Position numbers and translations under genes: made by a program
Part shown: positions 26,850 through 36,908 of the stretch, in pieces
How the letters are laid out: each line of letters opens with the position of its first letter
Position numbering within the stretch: position 1 is the first letter of the stretch
Origin: Pseudomonadota bacterium
GTDB taxonomy: Bacteria > UBA10199 > 2-02-FULL-44-16 > JAAZCA01
DNA: 39,719 bases
NCBI GenBank assembly: GCA_043822785.1
Contig: JBDRBN010000024.1
Location: forward strand, 1 to 39,719
Direction: 5' to 3'
Notes under the pieces: generated by a model
What the model was told of the DNA's origin: nothing
What the model saw: only the letters and a program-made list of their open reading frames with translations
Database searches by the model: none

Positions 26850-27407
26850 ATGGTACAAGCAAATCGCATACGAGCCGGCTCAGTCATTCTTTTTAACGGC
26901 GAGCTTTGCCGCGTGCTTTCCGTAACTCACCTTACGCCGGGTAATCTGCGTGCTATGGTGCAGGCTAAGATGCGCAACATCAAGACAGGCGTGCAGTTCG
27001 AGAATCGCTTCCGCGCCACCGAGAATGTGGAGATGGCCTTTCTTGAAAAACATCAGATGGAATATCTCTTTGACGATGGCGAACGCTACCATCTCATGAA
27101 CACCGAGAACTATGAGCAGATCGAGATGGACCGCGAGATGTTCGGCGACGCTATTCACTATTTGCTTCCGAACACCAAGGTTGAAGTCACCTTCTACGAC
27201 GGGAACCCCATCGGCGTGGATCTCCCCTCTACTGTAAATCTTAAAGTCGTGGAGGCTGACCCCTCGCTCAAGAAGCAGACAGCCTCATCCTCCTACAAGA
27301 AATGTGTGGTGGAGACAGGCCTCACGGTTATGGTTCCAGCTTTCATCAAAGCCGGCGACGTGATCAAGATCAGCACTGAGAGTGGCGAATACCTTGAGAG
27401 GGCATGA
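26850..27407 (+). CDS. efp: Elongation factor P
   Basis: HLTPGNLRAMVQ loop, ETGL, VPAFI, GEYLERA; GGAGG upstream of the ATG at 26850. Confidence 0.95.
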   Translation: MVQANRIRAGSVILFNGELCRVLSVTHLTPGNLRAMVQAKMRNIKTGVQFENRFRATENVEMAFLEKHQMEYLFDDGERYHLMNTENYEQIEMDREMFGDAIHYLLPNTKVEVTFYDGNPIGVDLPSTVNLKVVEADPSLKKQTASSSYKKCVVETGLTVMVPAFIKAGDVIKISTESGEYLERA

Positions 27408-27409
27408 CA

Positions 27410-28408
27410 TCACTCTATATTTACGTCACGCAGAAACGCCGCGCACGACTCAGGCGGCATGGTGTTGATGTAGATGCCGGAGCCTAGCTCGAAGCCTGCA
27501 GGCGTGGTGATTCGCGGGATGATGATCATCCGCCAGTGTTCATAGTGCAGCTCGCCGTCGGAAGTAGGTGAGGAGCGGATCACGAGGTTGTAGTCCGGAT
27601 CACCCAGCCCAGTATCGAGCTTCTTGAGAGTCGTGCGCAAAAGATGTGCAAGCTCGTTCGTCTCCTCGGCCGTGATACGATCGAAGAGCGAGTAGTGGCG
27701 TTTGGGCATAATTCTGATCTGGAAGGGCGATTGTGAGGCGTAGGGGCAAAAGACCACGAAATGCTTGCCGTTCGCCACGATGCGTTCGCCCTGCGAGATC
27801 TCCTCTTCCAGCATCACGCAGTAGGGGCAGCCGCCGTAAGTATCGTGATAGAGGAGCGCCTGCTGCATGAGCTGTCGCACCTGCGGCGGCACTATCGGTG
27901 TAGCAATCACCTGCGAGTGCGGATGCGCAAGCGAAGTGCCTGCTGCCGGGCCGTGGTTTCGGAAGATTGTGATAAGGTCGATCGACTCGTTTTTTGAGAG
28001 CTCGATGTATCTCTGTTTGTAAGACTCAAGTATTTCCTTCACTTCGTTGTCAGACATAAGCGAAGGATTTGCGTTGTGTGAGGGGCTTTCGATGATGACC
28101 TCCGCAACTCCAAAACCCTCGGCGGAGAGGAATTTGCCGTCGTGGTTGCGCTTTGGCGAGAGCTGTGGGTTCACGGCCGCAAACTTGTTCGGCACGACGC
28201 GGATGCGCCAATCTGTGCTGTTGCCCCTCACGTAAACTGCCGGAGGAGTCTTATCCTCATTGCCTGGGCAGAACGGACAGTGTTCATCGCGCTCCGGCAG
28301 CTTGTTGCGAGGCGATTTTTCCTGCCGAAACTGGTCGGGTCGCTTGGCGCGCTCAGGCGCAACAATGACCCATTCCTTGGTGATGAAGTCCTGTCGGAAT
28401 TGCGGCAC
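27410..28408 (-). CDS. galT: Galactose-1-phosphate uridylyltransferase family protein
   Basis: RAKRP, CPFCPGNE, HPHSQ, AGFELGSG. GTG start with a GGAGG RBS. Confidence 0.9.
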   Translation of the reverse strand: MPQFRQDFITKEWVIVAPERAKRPDQFRQEKSPRNKLPERDEHCPFCPGNEDKTPPAVYVRGNSTDWRIRVVPNKFAAVNPQLSPKRNHDGKFLSAEGFGVAEVIIESPSHNANPSLMSDNEVKEILESYKQRYIELSKNESIDLITIFRNHGPAAGTSLAHPHSQVIATPIVPPQVRQLMQQALLYHDTYGGCPYCVMLEEEISQGERIVANGKHFVVFCPYASQSPFQIRIMPKRHYSLFDRITAEETNELAHLLRTTLKKLDTGLGDPDYNLVIRSSPTSDGELHYEHWRMIIIPRITTPAGFELGSGIYINTMPPESCAAFLRDVNIE

Positions 28409-28438
28409 GATCCCTCCTTTGCTTTAGAGGCGTTAAGA

Positions 28439-29833
28439 TTAAATGCCGGGATATGTGAGCCGCTCCAACTGGAGCAGCTCGTCGAGCTCTTTTGAACCGG
28501 CGACGCCGCGATGGAGCGCCACCTCGCGGATCGTGCGGCCGCTTGATGCTGCCTCCCCGGCGATCTCCGCTGCGCGCGCATATCCGATTTTGGGCACGAG
28601 CGCCATGGCGAGGGCCAGACTCTTTTCCACATCAGATGCGCACCGAGCCTCATCTGCTTCGATGCCGGTCACGCAGTGCTCTGAAAAGGAGTGCGAAGCA
28701 GCGGTGAGGATCTGAATCGATTCGAGGATGTTGGCGGCAATTACGGGCAACTGCGTGTTTAGCTGGAGGTGCCCTTGGGAAGCAGCGGCAATGACGGCCG
28801 CATTGTTGCCGATCACCTGCGAGCCCACCTGGCAGACCATTTCAGGGATAACCGGATTGACTTTGCCGGGCATGATCGAGGAGCCGGGCTGCAAGGCCGG
28901 CAGCTTAAGCTCGCCTAGCCCAAGCCTGGGCCCTGAGGCGAGTAGCCTAATGTCATCGGCGATGCGCATGAGGCAGATGGCTGCCGCGGCAAGGCATCCT
29001 GAGGCCTCAACGCAAGGAGCGCGCGACGCGAGTGCTTCAAACGGACTGGCAGCGGGCCGAAAGTCGAGCACAAACTCTGCCGAGAGGCGATCGCAGACTG
29101 AGGCAGCAAAGTCGTGGTGCGCGCCTGCGCCTGTGCCAACTGCCGTGCCACCAAGGGCGAGTTCGCATAGCGAAGGCAGCATGCGTCTGAGGCGCTCGAT
29201 GCACTTTTCGACTTGCCGCGCATATCCTGCGAACTCCTGGCCCAGCCGGATCGGCATGGCATCCTGCAGATGAGTGCGTCCGATCTTAATTATGCTGTCG
29301 AATGCCCTTGCCTTGCTTGCAAGTGCTGCGCGCAGCTCCACGAGCGCAGGGATAAGAGAGCGGTCGATCTCTGTGACTGTGGCAAGGTGAATGACGCTCG
29401 GTATCACATCGTTGGATGACTGGCACAGGTTTACATGATCGTTGGGGTGCACAGGATCCCAAGTGCCAAGGTCTTTGCCCAGCGAAGCATTAGCGAGGTT
29501 AGCAATCACCTCGTTTGCGTTCATGTTGATGGATGTGCCAGAGCCTGTCTGAAATACATCGAGGGGAAACTGGTCATAGTGTTCGCCATCTGCAACCTTG
29601 TATGCAGCACTTATGATTGCGTTTGCGAACTTATCTTCGATCAGGCCGAGCTCCTGGTTTGTCTTGGCTGCCGCAGCCTTGATTCTGCCCAGCATCGCAA
29701 TGAAGTGAGAAGGGAAACGACGCGAGCTTATTGGAAAGTTCTTAATGGCTCGCCCAGTTGCTGCGCCCCACAGGGCATCCGAAGGTATTGAGATCTTACC
29801 CAGAGCATCTTGTTCGGTTCTAAATGATTCCAT
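28439..29833 (-). CDS. fumC: Class II fumarate hydratase (fumarase/aspartase family)
   Basis: QTGSGTS, GRTHLQDA, GSSIMPGKVNP. Confidence 0.88.
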   Translation of the reverse strand: MESFRTEQDALGKISIPSDALWGAATGRAIKNFPISSRRFPSHFIAMLGRIKAAAAKTNQELGLIEDKFANAIISAAYKVADGEHYDQFPLDVFQTGSGTSINMNANEVIANLANASLGKDLGTWDPVHPNDHVNLCQSSNDVIPSVIHLATVTEIDRSLIPALVELRAALASKARAFDSIIKIGRTHLQDAMPIRLGQEFAGYARQVEKCIERLRRMLPSLCELALGGTAVGTGAGAHHDFAASVCDRLSAEFVLDFRPAASPFEALASRAPCVEASGCLAAAAICLMRIADDIRLLASGPRLGLGELKLPALQPGSSIMPGKVNPVIPEMVCQVGSQVIGNNAAVIAAASQGHLQLNTQLPVIAANILESIQILTAASHSFSEHCVTGIEADEARCASDVEKSLALAMALVPKIGYARAAEIAGEAASSGRTIREVALHRGVAGSKELDELLQLERLTYPGI

Positions 29834-29899
29834 AGTGTGAGAAATGCAAGCAACCCTTCGACGTTGCTCAGGGCAAGCGCAAGCAACGTAAAACCAGTA

Positions 29900-30703
29900 T
29901 TATCGTTTCTTAGAGCGTTTGGCTTTTTTGCCCTTTGACTTCATTGAAGTCCGTTTTGTTTTTTTCTTTGAGGAAGTTTTCTTTTTTTCGCTTTTGATTG
30001 AAGTGACAATGGCCTGGCACAGGCGCAAATACATCTTTGCATACTCGTTGTTGGGCTCGTTTTCGAGTACCTTTTTCCAGGCCTTTTTCGCGTCGCTCAC
30101 GTTGTCCATAGTATAGTATGTCACTCCCATTTGAATGAGAGCTGGCCCATAAAGAGCCTTGTTTTTGAGCACTTCCTTAAGCTCAGCTAGCGACTCATTC
30201 ATAAAACCATGTTCTCGTAATGCTTGGCCTAACTTTGTGCGGATGTCGAGATATGAGGGATTGAGAGCTAGCGCCTTCTTGTATTCATCGATGGCCATTC
30301 CAAATAGCCCAATCGAGCGATAGATATCACCGATATCTGCATGCAAGTTTGAGAGCTTTCCGCGCAGCACAGGTTCGATTTGGCATGTGCTTTTGATTTT
30401 TCGGCTTTTGAGGCGGCTGTAGAGTTCCCTTGCTTTGTCGTACTGTCCAAGATCATTGTAGAGGACTGCAAGGTTGAGCATTGCTTCGGTATAACGAGGA
30501 TTGATCTTGAGTGCCTTGTCAAAACAATCTACAGCGGTTGCAAACTTTCCTTCTACGTGAGCTATCACGCCCAGCATATTAAAGACATCTGCATAGTGGG
30601 GATGTTCGTCAATGACGCGACGCAAATATTGCTCTGCTTGAGCATATCGCTTGTTGTCAAAATGCTGTTTGCCGATTTGAAGTATCTCTTTGATGGTCTC
30701 CAT
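29900..30703 (-). CDS. Tetratricopeptide repeat protein
   Basis: Repeated TPR helices (ALKINPRY, ALALNPSY); basic tail. Confidence 0.9.
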   Translation of the reverse strand: METIKEILQIGKQHFDNKRYAQAEQYLRRVIDEHPHYADVFNMLGVIAHVEGKFATAVDCFDKALKINPRYTEAMLNLAVLYNDLGQYDKARELYSRLKSRKIKSTCQIEPVLRGKLSNLHADIGDIYRSIGLFGMAIDEYKKALALNPSYLDIRTKLGQALREHGFMNESLAELKEVLKNKALYGPALIQMGVTYYTMDNVSDAKKAWKKVLENEPNNEYAKMYLRLCQAIVTSIKSEKKKTSSKKKTKRTSMKSKGKKAKRSKKR

Positions 30704-30719
30704 CTGAAGACTCCCTTTT

Positions 30720-30801
30720 AGTTACCAGTGATCAGTAACCAGTAATAAAGGGTTTTACTGGTTACTGGTAACTGATTACTGGTAACTGATTACTGGTCAC
30801 T
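30720..30801. repeat. Inverted heptamer repeat tract
   Basis: agttacc-agtgatc-agtaacc ... ttactgg/taactga repeats. Confidence 0.75.
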
Positions 30802-31561
30802 TCTTCACTGCTTTAAGCATTTTTCTCTCTGCCTTCTTAACATATTTACTATTAGAATAGTTGGCGCTTAGTTCGCTAAATGCATCTCTAGCTGCCTCAA
30901 CCCGACTAAGACCAAGGTTGGATTCTATGATCAAATACAGCGCTTTGTCAGCTAAACCTGAGTCAGGATATTGGTTTGCCACTTCATAGAAGCGAGGAAT
31001 AGCTGCGATGTACTCGCCTGTCCGATAGTAGAAGCGCCCGATGTAGAAGTTTCTTCTTGCTATGCGTTTGCGCGCTGCATGCAGGGTGGCGAGGGCAGGC
31101 TTTCTGTACTGGCTTCCAGGGTAACTACGCACAACTGCGCGCAAGTGAACGATTGCTTCTTGCAAATATTCTTGATCGCGATCAATGGCTTTAGGGCTTT
31201 CCTTATAGTAGCACACGCCGATCTTGTAATGTGCATAGTCAGCCTTTGGATGTAAGGGATAGAGCCTAAGAAAAGCTGCGTAAGATTCTGCAGCGAGCAG
31301 GTAATCTTTTCTGGCAAAATAGGAATCACCTATGAGCAACTCTGCCTCTTGTCCATAAGCGGTCTGAGGGTAGCGGGCCTTAAACATCTCAAGGCACTGT
31401 ATGGCATCCTCGTGCTTGCCCTTTTGCGAGAACCTAAGGCACTGCTTTATTTCCTCATCAGGATTACCCTTGCCAATCGATATCTCTTCTTTAGCGCAAC
31501 CAGAAAAAAAGATGGCAACAGATAAAGCAGTAAAAATTGCGGCAAATGTCTTAAATTTCAT
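30797..31561 (-). CDS. bamD: Outer membrane protein assembly lipoprotein BamD
   Basis: Lipobox FSGC, YPLHPKADYA, DRDQ, IGRFYYR. Confidence 0.9.
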   Translation of the reverse strand: MKFKTFAAIFTALSVAIFFSGCAKEEISIGKGNPDEEIKQCLRFSQKGKHEDAIQCLEMFKARYPQTAYGQEAELLIGDSYFARKDYLLAAESYAAFLRLYPLHPKADYAHYKIGVCYYKESPKAIDRDQEYLQEAIVHLRAVVRSYPGSQYRKPALATLHAARKRIARRNFYIGRFYYRTGEYIAAIPRFYEVANQYPDSGLADKALYLIIESNLGLSRVEAARDAFSELSANYSNSKYVKKAERKMLKAVKK

Positions 31562-31674
31562 GGTCAGAGATAGTAGGTAATGGCCTTAAAAAGCGCAAAG
31601 GAAAAATGGAATTTCTCGTATTCTTGACATACAGCACTGGCGGATGTAACACGCTGCATTTCTAGGGGGTTTTT

Positions 31675-32091
31675 ATGGAAAAAAAGGATCATGAAGCTGA
31701 AGAAGACATCAAAGTAACAGACAAGAGGCGTTTTACCAAAGAGGGTGAAGCCAAACAGCCGGATGTGGGCTCAAAGGAGCCGCACCCTCAGGAAAAACAT
31801 GAGGAGAAAGCAGAAAAAGGAAGAGAAGCTTTTGACCAGAAGTTGCCTCCTCTGGATTTTGCAACATTTGTCTTGTCGCTGGCGACTTCGGCGCAAGTTC
31901 ACCTTGGCGCCATTCCCAACCCTACCACAGGCAAGCAAGAACAGAATCTTCCGATTGCAAAGGAGACCATCGATCTTCTTGATATTCTAAGAGATAAGAC
32001 AAAGGGCAACCTCACATCTGATGAAGAGCGCCTTTTTGAGCATGTATTGTATGATCTGAGGATGATGTATGTGGAGAGAAACAAGAAATAA
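31675..32091 (+). CDS. DUF1844 domain protein
   Basis: DFATFVLSL, LGAIPNP, IDLL..L.DKTKGNL..DE. Confidence 0.85.
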   Translation: MEKKDHEAEEDIKVTDKRRFTKEGEAKQPDVGSKEPHPQEKHEEKAEKGREAFDQKLPPLDFATFVLSLATSAQVHLGAIPNPTTGKQEQNLPIAKETIDLLDILRDKTKGNLTSDEERLFEHVLYDLRMMYVERNKK

Positions 32092-32100
32092 GGAGGTTAT

Positions 32101-33603
32101 ATGTTTAAAAAACGTTTTTCATTGTGGACAGTAATGGGTGTAGCAGCCCTCTCTGTGATCGCTGTAGGATCACTCTTGGTTTGGACCGGCAGCGTGAAGA
32201 GTGTGCGGGGCGCCCAGGTAGTTGATGCGCGTTCATATGAGCTACCAGTCCAAAAAGCTGCATGGTTTCAAGCGCAGCCCAAATCATTTGCTGATCTGGC
32301 AGAAAAGGTGCAGGCAGCTGTGGTTAACATATCCACTAGCAAGAAGATGCGCAGGCCTGGGCAGATGATGCCGTTTCCTCGGTTTGGCCCTAAAGATCCA
32401 TTTGAAGATTTCTTCGAAAAATTTTTCGAGGGTATGCCGCAACAGGAACGCGATCAGCACAGTCTGGGTTCTGGATTTATCATCGATGAAAAGGGAACCA
32501 TACTCACTAACAGCCATGTCGTGAGCCAGGCTGATGAGATAGAGGTGGGCCTGTCAGACGGCCGCGAGTTAAAAGCCGAAATCGTTGGTATGGATGAGAA
32601 AACGGATATTGCGGTTATTAGAATTAAGTCAAAAGATAATCTGCCAATGGTTCCGCTGGGTAATTCAAAAAATGTGCGGCCAGGCGATTGGGTTATGGCT
32701 ATAGGCAACCCGTTTGGACTTGAGCATACTGTTACTGTTGGTGTTGTAAGCGCGAAGGGCAGGCTCATAGGCGGTGGACCATATGCCAAATTCATTCAGA
32801 CCGATGCATCGATCAATCCCGGCAACAGCGGTGGACCGCTGTTTAACCTTGATGGCGAAGTGATTGGTATTAACACGATGATCTATGCAGGTGGCCAGGG
32901 CATTGGCTTTGCCATACCAATTGATCTTGCAAAGCAGCTTCTGCCTCAGCTGGTTGAGAAAGGATCTGTTTCACACGGTTGGCTGGGCGTTGCGATTCAA
33001 AAGATCACTCCAGAGCTTGCAAAATCGTTTGGCTTAAAAAAGGAAAAGGGAGCACTCATAACAGAGGTGTTCAGCGGTTCACCAGCAGCTAAGGCCGGAC
33101 TTCAGCGAGGCGATGTGATACTCGAGTTCAACGGAGAGAAAGTCGAAGATCCTCACGATCTTTCCCTTTATGTGGGCAACACATCGCCCGACACAGAGGC
33201 AAAGGTGATTGCGCTTAGAGATGGTGAGAACAAGGAATTCAGCGTCAAGATAGCTGAGCAGCAAGCTATGACGAGTTCGCGCGGAGCGCCTGAGACGGGC
33301 AAGGTCGATCGCGGCAAGGCAGATGCTTTGGGCCTTGTGGTGCGCACCATTACATCTCAGGATGCTATGGAGCTCGATGTGCCAGGCAATTTTCGCGGCA
33401 TAGTGGTGCAGCGGGTTGAGCCTGACTCAGTAGCTGAGCGCGCGGGCGTGCAATCTGGCGATGTGGTGCTTGAGATCAATGATGCCAGCATTCAGAACAT
33501 CAAGGATTACGACAACGCGGTAAAGGACCTCAAAGAGGGCAAGCTCATTCGCCTGTTTATCAAGCGAGGCAAATCCAGCATCTATCTAGCGTTTACTCTG
33601 TAA
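32101..33603 (+). CDS. DegP/DegQ (HtrA) serine endoprotease with two PDZ domains
   Basis: GSGFI, TNSHV, TDIAV, INPGNSGGP; N-terminal hydrophobic segment. Confidence 0.96.
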   Translation: MFKKRFSLWTVMGVAALSVIAVGSLLVWTGSVKSVRGAQVVDARSYELPVQKAAWFQAQPKSFADLAEKVQAAVVNISTSKKMRRPGQMMPFPRFGPKDPFEDFFEKFFEGMPQQERDQHSLGSGFIIDEKGTILTNSHVVSQADEIEVGLSDGRELKAEIVGMDEKTDIAVIRIKSKDNLPMVPLGNSKNVRPGDWVMAIGNPFGLEHTVTVGVVSAKGRLIGGGPYAKFIQTDASINPGNSGGPLFNLDGEVIGINTMIYAGGQGIGFAIPIDLAKQLLPQLVEKGSVSHGWLGVAIQKITPELAKSFGLKKEKGALITEVFSGSPAAKAGLQRGDVILEFNGEKVEDPHDLSLYVGNTSPDTEAKVIALRDGENKEFSVKIAEQQAMTSSRGAPETGKVDRGKADALGLVVRTITSQDAMELDVPGNFRGIVVQRVEPDSVAERAGVQSGDVVLEINDASIQNIKDYDNAVKDLKEGKLIRLFIKRGKSSIYLAFTL

Positions 33604-33625
33604 TATAAAGAAAGCATTGGGACAT

Positions 33626-33656
33626 AAAAAGCCCCGCCTTTTCGGCGGGGCTTTTT
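33626..33656. terminator. Bidirectional intrinsic terminator
   Basis: aaaaaGCCCCGCC-ttttc-GGCGGGGCttttt between convergent genes. Confidence 0.88.
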
Positions 33657-33675
33657 AAAAGCGCAGAGCGTTTTT

Positions 33676-35541
33676 TTACCAGCAATCCCTGCTGAATGGG
33701 CAGTTGTCCATGAAATCCAGCACGCTGTCTGCATCGTCGTCAGGATCACACTCATCGCCATAGGTATCGCCAGAAACCGTGCCGTTTGGTCCAGCAAATG
33801 GGCCAAACCCTAGGTCAAAGTTGAGCTGATCTTCGTTGGGCATAAACGGACAATTATCGCTGGCGTTTGCTATTGTGTCATTGTCCATATCCGGATCGCA
33901 GACGTTGCCTATGGCATCGTAATCGATGTCGATCTGTTCAGGGTTGACCGCGAACGGACAGTTATCATCGCAGAGGGTCTGCATGCTTTCAGCTGTACAG
34001 CCGTTGACTGCGCAGTACTTGGAACCAAACCCTTTGCATGGAACGTTGCCGACTAAACCGTCATTGTTTCCATCATCGAGTATGCCGTCGTTGTCATCAT
34101 CAGGATCGCACACATCGCCGTCCAGATCTCCATCGTTATCTGCTTGATTTGGATTGGCTATGAACTGGCAGTTATCGTCGCAGTTGGCTGTAGCTCCGCC
34201 AGTGCAGTTGTTATCGCCTATTCCGCTAGATGCATCGCCGTCATCGAGTATGCCGTCGTTGTCATCATCAGGATCGCACACATCGCCGATGCCGTCTAAG
34301 TCATTGTCTTCCTGAGCTGGGTTGGCATCGTACTGACAGTTGTCATTCACATCGAGCACACCATCGTTGTCGTCATCGGGATCGCACACATCGCCTATGC
34401 CATCTGCGTCGTTGTCTTCTTGGCCTGGGTTGGAGGTGTACTGACAGTTGTCGTTGATATCGAGTACGCCGTCGTTATCGTCGTCAGCATCACACACATC
34501 GCCTATGAGATCGCCATCGTGATCCTCTTGGCCGGGATTAGCAGTGGACGGACAATTATCAGCGCCGTTTAAAACGCCGTCGCCGTCCATATCGCCGTCA
34601 CATGCATCCCCAACTCCATCAGCGTCAATATCCTCTTGAAGTGGGTTGGGTGTGAGGCGGCAGTTATCGTTTACGTCGAGCACGCCGTCATTGTCGTCAT
34701 CATCGTCGCAGACATTGCCTATGCCATCGCCGTCAGTATCTGTTTGATCAGGATTTGCGTTAACCGGGCAGTTATCTACGCCGTCAGCTATTCCATCGTT
34801 GTCGTCGTCATCATCGCATACATCACCAATTCCATCAGCATCTGGCTGATCAGATTGATTTGCATTAGGTGTTATGCGGCAGTTGTCAACACCATCGAGT
34901 ACGGTGTCGTTATCATCATCGATATCACAAGCATCGCCACCCGTATTGGGATCGAGCTCGCTGTAGACATCGCCATCTGAATTTGTTTGATCAGCATTGG
35001 ATGTTATGGGGCAGTTATCCACGCCGTTGAGCACGCCATCGCCATCCCAGTCATCATCACATACGTCGCCTATTCCATCGCCGTCCAGATCTGCTTGATC
35101 CGCGTTTGCGTCATCTGGACAGTTATCTATTTCATCGCCTACGCCATCGTCGTCAGCGTCGTTGAACTCGCTATCGCACGCATCGCCTATTCCATCGCCG
35201 TCAGAGTCGGTTTGCTCGTTGTTGGCTATGTCAGGGCAGTTATCTGTAGCGTTTGGTATTTCGTCGCCATCCTTATCATCGTCGCACACATCGCCCTTGC
35301 CGTCTGAATCGATATCAGCCTGATTCGCATTGGGTGTGAGAGGGCAGTTGTCCATCGGATCAGACACCCCATCGCCGTCAGAGTCGGCTGGTAACGCGAT
35401 TTCTGGGGAAGGCGGGGGCAAAATGGACGGGTCTGGAATTTGCCCGCTTGTGCTGTGGCCGCACGCAGAAAATACAAATATTACGAACACGGCCATAATA
35501 ATTAGGTACAAGAGACTGCGTATGTTATTGGTCTTGTTCAT
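33676..35541 (-). CDS. Thrombospondin type 3 repeat lipoprotein
   Basis: Lipobox FSAC; many DxDxDG..D.xDNC...N.xQ.D repeats. Confidence 0.93.
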   Translation of the reverse strand: MNKTNNIRSLLYLIIMAVFVIFVFSACGHSTSGQIPDPSILPPPSPEIALPADSDGDGVSDPMDNCPLTPNANQADIDSDGKGDVCDDDKDGDEIPNATDNCPDIANNEQTDSDGDGIGDACDSEFNDADDDGVGDEIDNCPDDANADQADLDGDGIGDVCDDDWDGDGVLNGVDNCPITSNADQTNSDGDVYSELDPNTGGDACDIDDDNDTVLDGVDNCRITPNANQSDQPDADGIGDVCDDDDDNDGIADGVDNCPVNANPDQTDTDGDGIGNVCDDDDDNDGVLDVNDNCRLTPNPLQEDIDADGVGDACDGDMDGDGVLNGADNCPSTANPGQEDHDGDLIGDVCDADDDNDGVLDINDNCQYTSNPGQEDNDADGIGDVCDPDDDNDGVLDVNDNCQYDANPAQEDNDLDGIGDVCDPDDDNDGILDDGDASSGIGDNNCTGGATANCDDNCQFIANPNQADNDGDLDGDVCDPDDDNDGILDDGNNDGLVGNVPCKGFGSKYCAVNGCTAESMQTLCDDNCPFAVNPEQIDIDYDAIGNVCDPDMDNDTIANASDNCPFMPNEDQLNFDLGFGPFAGPNGTVSGDTYGDECDPDDDADSVLDFMDNCPFSRDCW

Positions 35542-35761
35542 AATAACTCCTTGTTATTGTTGAATAATTGATCTAAGAGCCCCCATTGGCATAGACTAGT
35601 ATTATCATAAAAACGATATGTTGCAAATAGTTATGTGATCTTTGTGAAGTAATTTAGAGGGGTGAGCAGACAACTTACTGGATCCTGGATCTGGCATCCG
35701 GCATCCAAATTTTGCTCCATCTGACGCTTATCCCTTACCGCTTATCGCTTACACCTGATTT

Positions 35762-36175
35762 TTATATTCCCATTACCTTTACCAAAACCCGCTTTTTGCG
35801 CTGGCCATCGAATTCGGCGTAATAGATCTGCTGCCAAGGGCCAAAATCCAGCTGGCCGTCTGTAATGGGCACTGTGACCTGGTGGCCAAGGGTTAGATTC
35901 CACAAATGTGCATAGCCATTGGTTTCGCCGGTTTGGTGATGGCGATAATCCTTGTCTATAGGGGCTATCTCTTTGAGCCAACCCTCGATATCACGAATCA
36001 GGCCGGATTCTGCGTCATTCACATAAACAGCGGCTGTGATGTGCATGGCTGAAACCAGCGCAATCCCGTCCTTAATGCCGCTTTTGGCCACAATCTGATC
36101 GACCTTATCAGTGATATTTACGAACTCATGCAGCTTTTTTGTATGAAACCACAGGTATTCGGTATGGCATTTCAT
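35762..36175 (-). CDS. yjbQ: YjbQ/UPF0047 family protein
   Basis: HITAA, YRHH, NGYAH, GPWQQIYYAEFDG. Confidence 0.92.
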   Translation of the reverse strand: MKCHTEYLWFHTKKLHEFVNITDKVDQIVAKSGIKDGIALVSAMHITAAVYVNDAESGLIRDIEGWLKEIAPIDKDYRHHQTGETNGYAHLWNLTLGHQVTVPITDGQLDFGPWQQIYYAEFDGQRKKRVLVKVMGI

Positions 36176-36203
36176 GGTTTTCGAACTCCTGGTAGTAATG
36201 GAA

Positions 36204-36539
36204 TTAGGGCAAAGTATTCAGGATGTGTCGAATTTCTTGGTCAAATTCGGGGATGTTTTTCTGAGAAATTTCCCAGACAGCATCGAGGTCAACGCCCATA
36301 TAGTCATGGATGAGTATGTCGCGCAGACCCGCAATCCGTCTCCATGGAATATTCTGGTGTTTCCGGCGCACATCCTCTGAAAGCCTCTTTGCAGCCTCGC
36401 CAATGATTTCAAGCTGTCGGATGACCGCATCCTGCCAGAAAGATTCGCGCATAAACGCATCGCGCCCCACAGAGGTATAATCCTTGATCTTTTGTGCGGC
36501 ATCGTGGATGTGCTGGAGATATACCCTGTCCCTGTTCAC
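36204..36539 (-). CDS. HEPN (DUF86) ribonuclease toxin
   Basis: IIGEAA, IPW, RDILIHDY (R-x4-H). Confidence 0.92.
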   Translation of the reverse strand: MNRDRVYLQHIHDAAQKIKDYTSVGRDAFMRESFWQDAVIRQLEIIGEAAKRLSEDVRRKHQNIPWRRIAGLRDILIHDYMGVDLDAVWEISQKNIPEFDQEIRHILNTLP

Positions 36540-36826
36540 AAGTTGACGGCCTCCTTGAGGACTTCGTCCCTGATATAGGGACTTAACGAGTTTTCGGTGA
36601 CGACGTCGACACTTATGCCCAACAAGTCTTCAAGGTCTTGCTTGATGGCGATGATATCGAGCAGGGTGGCTCCTGGTTTCATGGACACAAGGATATCGAG
36701 ATCGCTGGATGGTTTTGCCTGACCACGAGCTGCAGAACCGAAGATGCGTACACTTGTGGCTCCATAGGACAGCGCGATAGCCAGTATCTCTGAATGCTTC
36801 TGTTTGATGAGTTTATGAACTTGCAT
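36536..36826 (-). CDS. Minimal nucleotidyltransferase (MNT) antitoxin
   Basis: FGSAARG, SDLD, VDVV; 4-nt overlap with the HEPN gene. Confidence 0.92.
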   Translation of the reverse strand: MQVHKLIKQKHSEILAIALSYGATSVRIFGSAARGQAKPSSDLDILVSMKPGATLLDIIAIKQDLEDLLGISVDVVTENSLSPYIRDEVLKEAVNL

Positions 36827-36908
36827 AGCATTATGCCTCTCAATACAAAATAATATTCAAATAATATCCAATAACGCCTGCAGAGTCGAGGGAAATGGAG
36901 CCGATTCC

